DNA of 47,023 bases from an uncultured Piscirickettsiaceae bacterium (GTDB lineage: Bacteria; Pseudomonadota; Gammaproteobacteria; GCF-002020875): NCBI GenBank assembly GCA_964416755.1, contig CAYQFH010000006.1:1-47023 (forward strand), written 5' to 3'. This document shows, piece by piece, positions 1-8,884 of the stretch. Numbering within the stretch: the stretch's first letter is position 1; each line of letters begins with the position of its first letter. The notes beneath the pieces were generated by a model. It saw only the letters and a list, made by a program, of their open reading frames with translations, was not told the origin of the DNA and made no database searches. The position numbers and the translations under genes were made by a program.

Positions 1-2
1 GT

Positions 3-1496
3 TTGAATGCAGGGAATCAAGAGGTCAGTGCGGGAAATCGTGCTCTGTTGATTGATTCTCAAGAGTCCAATGCGCACAGTTTGCGGTCCATTCTGGGTTT
101 TATTGAGTGGGGGGAGTTGGAGTGGGTCAGTGATCTTGAACAGGCCAAGGTGTTTCTGAGTGAGCAGGATTCAACCACAATGCTGTTTGTGAATACTCAG
201 GAAGGTGAGAGTTATGAACAGTGTTACCAGATATTGAGAGAGGTTGATCTCTCTGTTCCACTACTCTTTCTGAATGAAGCGATTACAGAAGAGGAGGTTG
301 AACTGCCTGGAACTCTGGTTGATGGTGTACTGGGTCTGCTCTCATTACCGATCAAGCAGGCGCAGTTGATCACACAACTGGAGCAGGCGGCTGCCTACAA
401 CAAGCGGCGCAAGAGTCGGGCGGCCCGTAAAGATGTCAGTGGTCTGTTTCCCGAGATGATCGGCAGCAGCCCGGCGATGAATCAGGTGCGCCAACTGATG
501 GCTCAGGTTGCTGAATCAGATGCCAATGTATTGATTTTAGGAGAGTCTGGTACCGGTAAAGAGGTGGTGGCCCAGAGTCTCCATCGACACTCTCAGCGGA
601 AAAACAGTGCATTCGTGCCGATCAACTGTGGTGCGATCCCGGCAGATTTGCTGGAGAGTGAGCTGTTTGGTCATGAGAAGGGGGCCTTTACCGGGGCTGT
701 GACCACACGCAAGGGGCGCTTTGAGTTGGCCGAGGGAGGCACCATATTCCTCGATGAGATCGGCGATATGAGTCTGCCGATGCAGGTGAAATTGCTGCGT
801 GTGTTGCAGGAGCGCATCTTCGAACGTGTGGGTGGGGTAAAGAGTATCCAGTGCAATGTGCGGGTGATGGCGGCGACGCACCGTGATCTGGAGGACAATA
901 TCAAGGATGGTAAATTCCGTGAGGATCTCTTCTACCGTCTGAATGTCTTTCCTATTGAATTGCCACCGTTGCGCGAACGCACCGGGGATATCGCACCACT
1001 GGTTGAATCTCTGACCGAGCGGTTGGAGCAGGAGGGGCGTCCGGTCTCTCGCTTGATGCCGAGTGCGATTTTTGCGCTCTCCCAGTACCACTGGCCAGGC
1101 AATGTGCGTGAGTTGAATAACCTGATAGAGCGACTGGGCATTCTTTTCCCCAATGAGGAGGTGGAGGCGGTTGACTTGCCGGAGCGTTACTTCCCGGATG
1201 ATCTGGAGTTGCCAGAGATGGAGGAGGTGGAGTTTGAGGAGGATCTGCCGCTGATTGCCTCGGATGAAGTGAGCAGCATTGAGCAGGAACTCAATAACGG
1301 TGGGGAGCAGCCGGTGTTGCCATCCGAGGGGTTGGATCTGAAGAGCTACCTCTCCTCTCTGGAGGAGGATCTGATTCGTCAGGCGTTGATTGAGTGTAAT
1401 GGAGTGGTGGCGCAGGCGGCAAAGTTGCTCAATGTGCGCAGAACCACACTGGTTGAGAAGATGAAGAAGTACGACCTCAACCGTGAAGAGATCTGA
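3..1496 (+). CDS. fleQ: Sigma-54-dependent master flagellar activator (FleQ/FlrA family)
   Basis: N-terminal receiver-like FleQ domain. AAA+ sigma-54 activator core with Walker [15 protein letters not shown] loop, and ELFGHEKGAFTGA...RFELAEGGTIFLDEIGDM. C-terminal Fis-type HTH (AAKLLNVRRTTLVEKMKKY). Sits directly upstream of fleS/fleR. The only in-frame start is TTG at 3, so the 5' end may be cut by the window edge. Confidence 0.85.
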   Translation: MNAGNQEVSAGNRALLIDSQESNAHSLRSILGFIEWGELEWVSDLEQAKVFLSEQDSTTMLFVNTQEGESYEQCYQILREVDLSVPLLFLNEAITEEEVELPGTLVDGVLGLLSLPIKQAQLITQLEQAAAYNKRRKSRAARKDVSGLFPEMIGSSPAMNQVRQLMAQVAESDANVLILGESGTGKEVVAQSLHRHSQRKNSAFVPINCGAIPADLLESELFGHEKGAFTGAVTTRKGRFELAEGGTIFLDEIGDMSLPMQVKLLRVLQERIFERVGGVKSIQCNVRVMAATHRDLEDNIKDGKFREDLFYRLNVFPIELPPLRERTGDIAPLVESLTERLEQEGRPVSRLMPSAIFALSQYHWPGNVRELNNLIERLGILFPNEEVEAVDLPERYFPDDLELPEMEEVEFEEDLPLIASDEVSSIEQELNNGGEQPVLPSEGLDLKSYLSSLEEDLIRQALIECNGVVAQAAKLLNVRRTTLVEKMKKYDLNREEI

Positions 1497-1510
1497 TCTG
1501 CGGAACTGTA

Positions 1511-2737
1511 GTGGTGACTGAAGAAGCTGCACAGGAGGTCACAGAAGAGATTACAGATCCTGTTCTGCAGCAGAAGCGGCTGCTGGAGCTGGAGAGCGCG
1601 TTTGTCGAGTTTGCCCGCATGTCGGAGGGGTTGGAGGCCTCCTACCATGCACTGCAGGATCAGGTCTCCGAGTTGACTGAGGAGCTGGCTGCTGCACGTA
1701 GCGAGCGACTCAAGTATCTACAGGAGAAGGAGAAGATTGCCAACCAGTTGGCGCGTCTGCTGGATGCATTGCCTGGAGGTGTAGTGGTGCTGGATCAGGA
1801 TGGGATGATTCAGACTGCCAATCCGGCAGCGCAGCAATTCTTTGAAGAGTCGTTGGAGGGGGAGCTGTGGGAGCAGGTGTTGCAGCAGCATCAGCAACCG
1901 GGAGAGTCCGCACTGGAGAAGGATCTGCAACTCAAGAGTGGCCGTATTCTAGAACGCTCCAGTAGCCATCCTGTAGAAGGAGAGGAGATTCTGCTCTTCA
2001 GTGATGTGACCGAGACCCGCGAGTTACAGCACCACCTCAATCAGAATCGTCGATTGGCCTCAATGGGGGAGATGGCGGCCTCACTGGCACATCAGGTCAG
2101 GACTCCTCTGGCTGCCGCTCTGCTCTATGTTGCTCATCTGGAGAAGCATGAGCTGAGCGATGAGAAGCGGCTGCAGGTCTCTGCCAAGCTGCGCTCCCGC
2201 CTGCACCACCTCAATGGGTTAATCAAGGACATGCTCCACTACGCCCGTGGAGGAGATTCAGGCGATGAGGAGATTGAGGTAGGAGGATTTGTTGAGGCGC
2301 TGCAGCAGACACTGGAGGAGGAGTTAAAGCGTACCCTCAAGGGTGAGTTTGTATGGGATCTGCAGTTGGATGCCAACTTCAGTTTTGTGGGTAATCGGGA
2401 TGCACTGCTCACCTCGGTGCAAAATCTGGTCAATAATGCGATGGATGTAACGGATGGTGAGGTCAATATCACCTTCCGTATGCTGGCTATCGGAGAGCAT
2501 GGGCTGGAAATGCAGGTGGCAGATGATGGTCCGGGTATCCCCAGAGAGATGCAGGAGCAGATTTTTGAACCATTCTATACCAGCCGTGCCCGGGGTACCG
2601 GGTTGGGTCTTGCGGTCGTGCAGGCGGTTGCCGACGCGCATGGAGGGGTGGCACGGGTTGAGTCCGTTGAGGGGGAAGGTGCACTGTTTGCCATTCGCCT
2701 TCCGGTTGCGGGTGCCTCATCCCAAGGGAAGGAGTGA
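1511..2737 (+). CDS. fleS: Soluble PAS sensor histidine kinase (FleS/FlrB family)
   Basis: No TM segment. Coiled coil plus PAS-like region (GGVVVLDQDGMIQTANPAAQQFF). HisKA H-box (MAASLAHQVRTPLAAA). HATPase_c motifs (NLVNNAMD, DDGPGIP, GTGLGLAVV). Position between fleQ and fleR. Confidence 0.8.
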   Translation: MVTEEAAQEVTEEITDPVLQQKRLLELESAFVEFARMSEGLEASYHALQDQVSELTEELAAARSERLKYLQEKEKIANQLARLLDALPGGVVVLDQDGMIQTANPAAQQFFEESLEGELWEQVLQQHQQPGESALEKDLQLKSGRILERSSSHPVEGEEILLFSDVTETRELQHHLNQNRRLASMGEMAASLAHQVRTPLAAALLYVAHLEKHELSDEKRLQVSAKLRSRLHHLNGLIKDMLHYARGGDSGDEEIEVGGFVEALQQTLEEELKRTLKGEFVWDLQLDANFSFVGNRDALLTSVQNLVNNAMDVTDGEVNITFRMLAIGEHGLEMQVADDGPGIPREMQEQIFEPFYTSRARGTGLGLAVVQAVADAHGGVARVESVEGEGALFAIRLPVAGASSQGKE

Positions 2738-2806
2738 GGGGAGATATTCCCGCCGGGTTGTGGAATAATGTATCGATCTTTATTTGAGTGAAAGGTTGAT
2801 TGGTCT

Positions 2807-3244
2807 ATGGATAATGGTCGCTACAGCGTTGGAGTTTTGATCGCGGTTCTGCTCTCCCTGTTTGCTCTGCCAGTTGTTGCAGAGGAGGAAGAGGATCCTC
2901 CGGTCATCATCAGTGAGTATCTTGCGTTGGGAAAAGAGCCATTCAAGGTCAATCTGAGTGGCAAGGGGGAGCATGTGATGGTGCTACATGCGCAGGTTTA
3001 TGTTACCACCCAGCGTGCCAAGGATGGCATCATCTTGCATCTGCCCAAGATCCAGAATGACGTGCTGGAGTTGTTGGGAGAGCAGACCTACAAGAAGATG
3101 AAGAAGACCAAGCACAAGAAGAAGCTGCGCAATAAGGTGTTGAAGCTGATTCGCAAAGTGATGGAACAGCGTGAAATTTTGAACAAGCCGAAGAAGCAGG
3201 AAGAGGTGGCAGAGGTTATCTTTACCCAGGTACTGCTTCAATAG
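2807..3244 (+). CDS. FliL-family flagellar basal-body-associated membrane protein (FliL-like)
   Basis: N-terminal TM helix (VGVLIAVLLSLFALPVV). Pattern Y-LALGKEPFKVNL...VMVLHAQVYV...LPKIQNDVLELLGEQT...KKKLRNKVLKLI...VAEVIFTQVLLQ follows the FliL family layout (YxxL-x-FxVNL, LPxxRxxLLxLL, and C-terminal V-x-V-x-FT-x-F/L-hydrophobic-Q). Assignment is by eye only. Confidence 0.55.
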   Translation: MDNGRYSVGVLIAVLLSLFALPVVAEEEEDPPVIISEYLALGKEPFKVNLSGKGEHVMVLHAQVYVTTQRAKDGIILHLPKIQNDVLELLGEQTYKKMKKTKHKKKLRNKVLKLIRKVMEQREILNKPKKQEEVAEVIFTQVLLQ

Positions 3245-3273
3245 AGCGTTGAGGAGAGAGGAAGGTCAGTTTT

Positions 3274-4668
3274 ATGAGTCATTCGAAGGTATTGATTGTA
3301 GAAGATGATCCTGATCTGAGAGAGGCGCTGGTCGACACACTTGAGCTCTCCGATTTCGAGGTAATGGCAACCGAAAATGGTCACGAGGCACTGGAGTGGA
3401 TTCAGAATGAGGAAATCGGTATGGTCTTCTCCGACGTGCAGATGGATCACATGGATGGTCACACACTGCTGAAGACCATTCGCGCCAGAATGCCGCACCT
3501 TCCGGTGGTGCTGATGACCGCCTATGGCACCATCGACAAGGCGGTCGAAGCGATGAATGATGGAGCGGTCAACTATCTGGTCAAGCCCTTTGAGGCGGAT
3601 ACCCTGCTGGAAACGGCTGAGAAGTATATCGATCGGGATGCCAGCTCGGAAGACGACTTTGTTGCCAATGACGAGAAGAGTCGCGAGGTGCGCTCCATGG
3701 CGCAGCGGGTTGCAGAGAGCGACGCCACCATCATGATCATGGGAGAGAGTGGTACCGGTAAAGAGGTGCTTTCACGTTATATCCATACCAATTCCAGACG
3801 CAAGACAGGCCCGTTTGTGGCAATCAACTGTGCGGCGATCCCGGAGAATATGTTGGAGGCGATGCTCTTCGGATATGAGAAGGGTTCGTTTACCGGTGCC
3901 TACAAATCCAGTGCCGGAAAATTTGAACAGGCACAGGGGGGGACACTGCTGCTGGACGAGATCTCGGAGATGGATCTGCTGCTTCAGGCCAAGCTGCTGC
4001 GCGTACTGCAGGAGAAGGAGGTGGAACGATTGGGTGGCAAGGAGCCGATTCCTCTGGATGTGCGTGTGCTCTGTACCACCAACAGGGACATGAAAAAGGA
4101 GGTGGCCGCAGGAAACTTCCGTGAGGATCTCTACTATCGCCTCAATGTTTTTCCGCTGGAACTGCCTGCACTACGTGAACGTCCGAATGATATTGTGCCG
4201 ATTGCCAAGCGTCTGATTCAACGCCATGCACCAGCCGATCAGCCACTGCCGGTGATGAATAACGAGGCGGAAGAGAAACTTCGTAACGCTCAATGGCAGG
4301 GAAATATACGTGAACTGGAGAATGTGGTGCAGCGCGCACTGATTCTCAAGCGAGGCGGGGAAATTCTGCCAGATGACCTCTTGATGGAGATGGGGGGAGG
4401 TGACCAAACGGTTGTTGCCCCTGAAGTAGTGGATGTTGCAGAGCCATCCGTCCAACCCATTACAGAGTCTCCTTCAGAGGCAGCAACACAATCTGCCTCC
4501 ACGCCACCTTCCGGGAGTTTGAAAGAGCAGGAGACGCAGATGATTCTCGAAGCACTGGCCAATTCGATGACGCGTCAGGAGGTTTCAGACAAGTTGGGTA
4601 TCAGCCCACGCACACTGCGCTACAAAATTGCCCGATTGAAAGAGGCGGGATACGAAATTCCGGGCTAA
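3274..4668 (+). CDS. fleR: Sigma-54-dependent response regulator (FleR/FlrC family)
   Basis: REC domain ([11 protein letters not shown]...[13 protein letters not shown]...KPF). AAA+ core ([25 protein letters not shown]). C-terminal HTH ([20 protein letters not shown]). Good RBS (gagaggaagg) ahead of the ATG. Confidence 0.88.
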   Translation: MSHSKVLIVEDDPDLREALVDTLELSDFEVMATENGHEALEWIQNEEIGMVFSDVQMDHMDGHTLLKTIRARMPHLPVVLMTAYGTIDKAVEAMNDGAVNYLVKPFEADTLLETAEKYIDRDASSEDDFVANDEKSREVRSMAQRVAESDATIMIMGESGTGKEVLSRYIHTNSRRKTGPFVAINCAAIPENMLEAMLFGYEKGSFTGAYKSSAGKFEQAQGGTLLLDEISEMDLLLQAKLLRVLQEKEVERLGGKEPIPLDVRVLCTTNRDMKKEVAAGNFREDLYYRLNVFPLELPALRERPNDIVPIAKRLIQRHAPADQPLPVMNNEAEEKLRNAQWQGNIRELENVVQRALILKRGGEILPDDLLMEMGGGDQTVVAPEVVDVAEPSVQPITESPSEAATQSASTPPSGSLKEQETQMILEALANSMTRQEVSDKLGISPRTLRYKIARLKEAGYEIPG

Positions 4669-4677
4669 GTTGAAAAA

Positions 4678-4693
4678 TGGTATGTTTGTTGCT
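4678..4693 (+). promoter_or_regulatory. Sigma-54 (-24/-12) promoter upstream of fliE
   Basis: TGGTATG-TTTG-TTGCT. GG and GC have the canonical spacing of consensus TGGCAC-N5-TTGCW. Lies in the fleR-fliE intergenic region. Confidence 0.6.
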
Positions 4694-4798
4694 TGTAAGT
4701 TACTAAATAGGTGGCAAATGCCAATAAATAGTCGATAATATGGATACAAAGATGCACAATCGATTGTATGTAATTGAAACCTTAGAGGGAGCAGATCA

Positions 4799-5131
4799 GT
4801 GAACGATTTAGATATGAACCGTCTGTTGACACAGATGCGAACCCTCTCCAGTGAGGTGAAAGGTACGGCTTCGACCCCGGCAGCGTCAGAATCTGGTGCG
4901 ACAGAGGGTCCTGATTTTTCCGCACTTCTGAAAGATTCTGTAAACAAAGTCAATGAGTTACAGAAAGAGTCCGGTGCAATGAAGACCGCCTTTGAACAGG
5001 GCGATCCAAATGCAGATCTGGGACAGGTAATGGTTGCTGTGCAGAAAGCGGATGTCTCCTTTCAGGCCGCAACTCAGGTGAGAAATAAGTTGATCACAGC
5101 CTATCAAGAAATCATGAGAATGCAGGTATAA
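4799..5131 (+). CDS. fliE: Flagellar hook-basal body complex protein FliE
   Basis: FSALLKDSVNKVNELQKESGAMKTAFEQGDP..LGQVMVAVQKADVSFQAATQVRNKLITAYQEIMRMQV is the typical FliE C-terminal signature. GTG start at 4799 is preceded by agaggga; ATG at 4814 is an alternative. Confidence 0.9.
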   Translation: MNDLDMNRLLTQMRTLSSEVKGTASTPAASESGATEGPDFSALLKDSVNKVNELQKESGAMKTAFEQGDPNADLGQVMVAVQKADVSFQAATQVRNKLITAYQEIMRMQV

Positions 5132-5169
5132 TCAGTATTTTATATTGATTTAATGATGGTTGATCGCTC

Positions 5170-6897
5170 ATGGCAGAAGCAGATGCAGCAACTCTGGATG
5201 AAGCTCCAGAGGAAGAGTCCCCGAAAGGTCCTTTAGAAAACCTCGCTGATATGCCGGTTGCCCGGCAAATTGGCGTTTTTTTCGCTTTAGCGGCAAGTAT
5301 TGCCATCGGCTTCTGGGTGGTGCTCTGGTCGCAAGAGCCGGATTACGCAATTCTCTTCAATCAAGTGGATCAGCAGGAGATCAACGAAGTGGTCTCCACG
5401 CTCAGTACAGCACAGATTGAACACAAGGTGAACATGGCCACTGGCGCTATCCAGGTGGAGCACGGTGAATTGAACCGTGCTCGTCTCCTGCTGGCAGCCA
5501 AAGGGTTGCCACGCACGACAGCTACCGGTTTTGATGTGCTGGAGAAGGATGATGGTTTTGGCATCAGTCAGTTCCGCGAGCGGGCTCGCTACCATCGTGC
5601 AATGGAGGGGGAATTGGCCCAATCGATCTCCTCTATTCGTAGTGTGCGCTCCGCACGTGTCCATCTGGCACTTCCCAAACAGTCGGTTTTTGTACGCAAG
5701 CGGATTCCGCCCAGTGCATCGGTTGTGGTTGATCTCTACGCGGGTCGTACTCTGGAAAAGGGGCAGGTGGCTGCCATTGTTCACATGGTCGCTTCCAGTA
5801 TTCCTGACTTGGAGTCCGGGCAGGTGACAGTCATCGATCAGGCGGGACGACTGTTGACCTCCAATGATGACAATGAGATCGCCCTCTCGACTAACCAGCT
5901 TGACTATGTAACCAACCTTGAAGAGAGTTATGTTGCCCGTATCCAGAATATCCTGGGTCCAATGATGGGCATGAATAATGTTCGTGCCCAAGTCTCTGCC
6001 AAGGTTGACTTCACCTCTATAGAAGAGACACTGGAAGATTATACTCCGGAAAAGAATGCAATCCGTAGTGAGCAGTTGCGTGATGAGCGTTCCGGGAAAC
6101 TGGGTGCAATGGGGATCCCCGGTGCATTGACCAACAATGCAGAGGCGCTGGATGATGAAGAGGGTGGAAGCCCTGATGGGTTCAATAACTCCAGCAAAAC
6201 AAGGAACTATGAGCTGGACCGTGTGCTGCGTCACAGCAAGAAGGCCCCCGGTGTGTTGCAGAGCCTCTCGATTGCAGTTGTAGTGGATGAACCCTTTGAA
6301 GAGGTGGAGGTGGCACCTGCCGCTCCTGCAGAGGGTGAAGAAGCCGCTGCTGAAGGGGAAGAGGGTGCAGAACCTGCGCCGCCACCACCGCCCAAGCGTC
6401 GCCCTCTGACGGAAGAGGAGATGGAGAAGATCCGTTCTCTGGTAAAGGACGCGGTCGGCTTTGATCCTCAGCGCGGTGACACCTTGACGGTAACCAGTGC
6501 CGCATTCCATGTCGAGAAGGTGGAACCTCTGCCGGAAATTCCAATCTGGGAGCAGAGCTGGTTCAAGCCACTGGCGAAACAGGCACTGGCTGGATTGGTG
6601 GTACTCTCCCTGATTCTGTTTGTGCTGAAACCGATGGTGGGTGGTTTGATGCCTCAGCCTGCACTGGCTGGAGTCGGTGAAGGTGTAGAGGGTGAAGGTA
6701 CAGACGAAGCTGGGGGCAGTGGAGAAACGGCAGAGGAAGCAGCAGAGCGTGAGCGTGATGAAATTCTGGATGGCGACATGCCGCCGGGCTATGAAGAGCG
6801 ATTGCTTGCTGCACAGAAGATTGTGGATGAAGAGACTGATCTGGCAACACTGGTTCTGAAGAACTGGTCGGCAGAGGGTGAGGAGGAGGTTGAGTAA
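5170..6897 (+). CDS. fliF: Flagellar MS-ring protein FliF
   Basis: YscJ/FliF family pattern (GFDVLEKDDGFGISQFRERARYHRAMEGELAQSISSIRSVRSARVHLALPKQSVFVR). Two TM segments. 575 aa, with an Ala/Glu/Pro-rich insertion. Confidence 0.92.
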   Translation: MAEADAATLDEAPEEESPKGPLENLADMPVARQIGVFFALAASIAIGFWVVLWSQEPDYAILFNQVDQQEINEVVSTLSTAQIEHKVNMATGAIQVEHGELNRARLLLAAKGLPRTTATGFDVLEKDDGFGISQFRERARYHRAMEGELAQSISSIRSVRSARVHLALPKQSVFVRKRIPPSASVVVDLYAGRTLEKGQVAAIVHMVASSIPDLESGQVTVIDQAGRLLTSNDDNEIALSTNQLDYVTNLEESYVARIQNILGPMMGMNNVRAQVSAKVDFTSIEETLEDYTPEKNAIRSEQLRDERSGKLGAMGIPGALTNNAEALDDEEGGSPDGFNNSSKTRNYELDRVLRHSKKAPGVLQSLSIAVVVDEPFEEVEVAPAAPAEGEEAAAEGEEGAEPAPPPPPKRRPLTEEEMEKIRSLVKDAVGFDPQRGDTLTVTSAAFHVEKVEPLPEIPIWEQSWFKPLAKQALAGLVVLSLILFVLKPMVGGLMPQPALAGVGEGVEGEGTDEAGGSGETAEEAAERERDEILDGDMPPGYEERLLAAQKIVDEETDLATLVLKNWSAEGEEEVE

Positions 6898-7907
6898 TGG
6901 CTGAGCCGGATATTAGTCGTTTTTCAGGCATTGAACGTACTGCGGTTCTGCTGATGGCGCTGGGTGAGGACTCTGCCGCATCGGTTTTGGCAAAGATGGA
7001 TCCGAAGGAGGTTCAGGAGCTGGGCATGACCATGTCCACGCTCAAAAATGTGACCACTGACGAGTTGCGAGGTGTGCTGGGAGCATTTATCAATGACACC
7101 AAGGGCATCACCGCAATGGGGATGAACTCGGAAGACTATATTCGCAATGTGCTCTCCAAAACGTTGGGAGGAGACAAGGCGGATAGTCTGCTCAACCGGA
7201 TGAGTATGGGTACCAGCGCCAATGGATTGGAAGCCCTGAAGTGGATGGATGCCCAAGCGGTTACCGAGATGATCCGTAATGAACACCCTCAGGTGATTGC
7301 CGTGGTACTCAACTTTCTGGAAGATGAGCATGCTGCAGAGGTCATTGGTGGTTTCCCCAAACGCCTGCAGATGGATGTCATGTTGCGTCTTGCATCGGCT
7401 GAAGGTATTCAGTCGGATGCGCTGATTGAATTGAATGAGGTCTTTGACAAGGTGGCCTCCTCCAGTGGACACACCTCCAATGAAGTGGGTGGCGTTTCGA
7501 CTGTCGCCAATATTCTCAACTATGTTCAGGGTGGTATTGATCAGGATATTCTGGCGGGCATCGAAGAGGTTGATCCTGAGCTGCGTCAGGAGATCGAAGA
7601 CCAGATGTTTGTCTTTGATGATCTCGTAGGCGTGGATGATCGTGGTATACAGGCGATTCTGCGTGATGTGCCTACAGAGAAGCTGGCAGTTGCCCTCAAG
7701 GGGGCAGATGATGGTGCCAAGGATAAGTTTATCGGTAACATGTCCAAACGTGCGGCAGATATGATGCTGGAGGATATGGAGGTGATGCCGCCAATGAAAC
7801 TCAGCGAGGTGGAAGCTGCGCAGAAAGAGATTATCGCAATCGCCAAGAAGCTGGCTGAGGATGGCACCATTGCCCTGGGTGGCGCAGGTGGTGAGGAGTA
7901 CGTCTGA
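6897..7907 (+). CDS. fliG: Flagellar motor switch protein FliG
   Basis: Full-length FliG pattern (GIERTAVLLMALGED.AA.VL..M...EVQ; C-terminal MSKRAADMMLEDME...EVEAAQKEII). Start overlaps the fliF stop (TAATG). Confidence 0.95.
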   Translation: MAEPDISRFSGIERTAVLLMALGEDSAASVLAKMDPKEVQELGMTMSTLKNVTTDELRGVLGAFINDTKGITAMGMNSEDYIRNVLSKTLGGDKADSLLNRMSMGTSANGLEALKWMDAQAVTEMIRNEHPQVIAVVLNFLEDEHAAEVIGGFPKRLQMDVMLRLASAEGIQSDALIELNEVFDKVASSSGHTSNEVGGVSTVANILNYVQGGIDQDILAGIEEVDPELRQEIEDQMFVFDDLVGVDDRGIQAILRDVPTEKLAVALKGADDGAKDKFIGNMSKRAADMMLEDMEVMPPMKLSEVEAAQKEIIAIAKKLAEDGTIALGGAGGEEYV

Positions 7908-8884
7908 TGCAGTGTACCAAGAAAAATGTGGTCTCATTGATTCGAGGAGATGAGAATCATGTGGCTTCTGCGACGGCATGGGAAGCACCCGATATTCTAT
8001 CGGTTGTCGATCAGCAGTCAGAGGAGCCTGAGCTGACTGAAGAGGAGATTACGCTCCAAAGGGCCTATGAGGAGGGCCTGGCCAAGGGGCTGGAAGAGGG
8101 GCGTGCACAGGGGTTTGAGCAGGGAAAGGCGGAAGGCTTTGAGGCAGGGAACAGTGAGGCGCGACAGCAGGTTGAAGAGCAGGGGCGCCAACAACAGGAG
8201 GCATTCGGAGCACAGGCAGAGGAGACTCTGAATGGGCTCAATGCACTGGTTCATGCTTTGCAGAATCCTTTGGAGAACCAACTGGATGAGACTGTCAATC
8301 GTGCAATTGCAACCTTGGTACATCAAGTCTCCACTCAGGTGATCAAGAGTGAGTTGGAGATTAATCCTGAACATATTGTCACCGTGGTCAAAGAGCTGTT
8401 TCAGCAACTTCCAATGACGGATCGTGAAGTGCGTTTTCATCTTCATCCAGAGGACAAGGCGCTGTTGGAGTCCGGACTTCAACTCTCTTCCGGTGCATTT
8501 CAGTGGCGTATGGAGTCTGACGAGCAGATCGCCCGTGGGGGTTGCCATGTGGAATCTCACAACTTTAGTGTGGATGAGACTGTAGAACAGCGGCTGGAAC
8601 AGTCGGTGCGTAAAGTATTTGGCCTCTCCTCGGAAGAGCTGGCTGCTCTCAATGAAGAGGGACAGTCAGAGATTGAAGACGATACTGTGGCAGAAGAGAC
8701 AGAGTCTGATGTGGATAGCGGCGACGCTGATGAGGTTAGTGAGTTGGATGAGCATCCAGACGTCGAGGGTGATGAAGCTGCTGAGCAGGCTCTAGAGGCC
8801 CCAGAGACCGTGGCGGCGGAAGAAGTGCCTTCTTCGATGGAAGCAGAGCAGCAACCAGCGGAGACCTCTGCGGAGGCGAACTAA
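7907..8884 (+). CDS. fliH: Flagellar export ATPase regulator FliH, with a long acidic C-terminal tail
   Basis: Glu/Gln/Ala-rich coiled-coil centre (EGLAKGLEEGRAQGFEQGKAEGFEAG) and a FliH C-domain ending near GGCHVESHNFSVDETVEQRLEQSVRKVFG. About 85 extra Asp/Glu-rich residues follow. Start is coupled to the fliG stop. Confidence 0.8.
   Translation: MQCTKKNVVSLIRGDENHVASATAWEAPDILSVVDQQSEEPELTEEEITLQRAYEEGLAKGLEEGRAQGFEQGKAEGFEAGNSEARQQVEEQGRQQQEAFGAQAEETLNGLNALVHALQNPLENQLDETVNRAIATLVHQVSTQVIKSELEINPEHIVTVVKELFQQLPMTDREVRFHLHPEDKALLESGLQLSSGAFQWRMESDEQIARGGCHVESHNFSVDETVEQRLEQSVRKVFGLSSEELAALNEEGQSEIEDDTVAEETESDVDSGDADEVSELDEHPDVEGDEAAEQALEAPETVAAEEVPSSMEAEQQPAETSAEAN

Noticed and set aside
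537-1532. Long antisense ORFs opposite well-supported genes, for example 537-1532(-), 5287-6510(-), 6924-7988(-), 23152-24084(-), 23175-24032(-), 28970-29662(-) and 32628-33236(-).
   Set aside because: Each lies entirely within a gene whose product has strong family signatures (FleQ, FliF, FliG, FlgE, FlgJ/unknown, FlgL). Their translations are low-complexity or Arg/Leu/Gln-rich with no recognisable motifs, which is typical of shadow ORFs.
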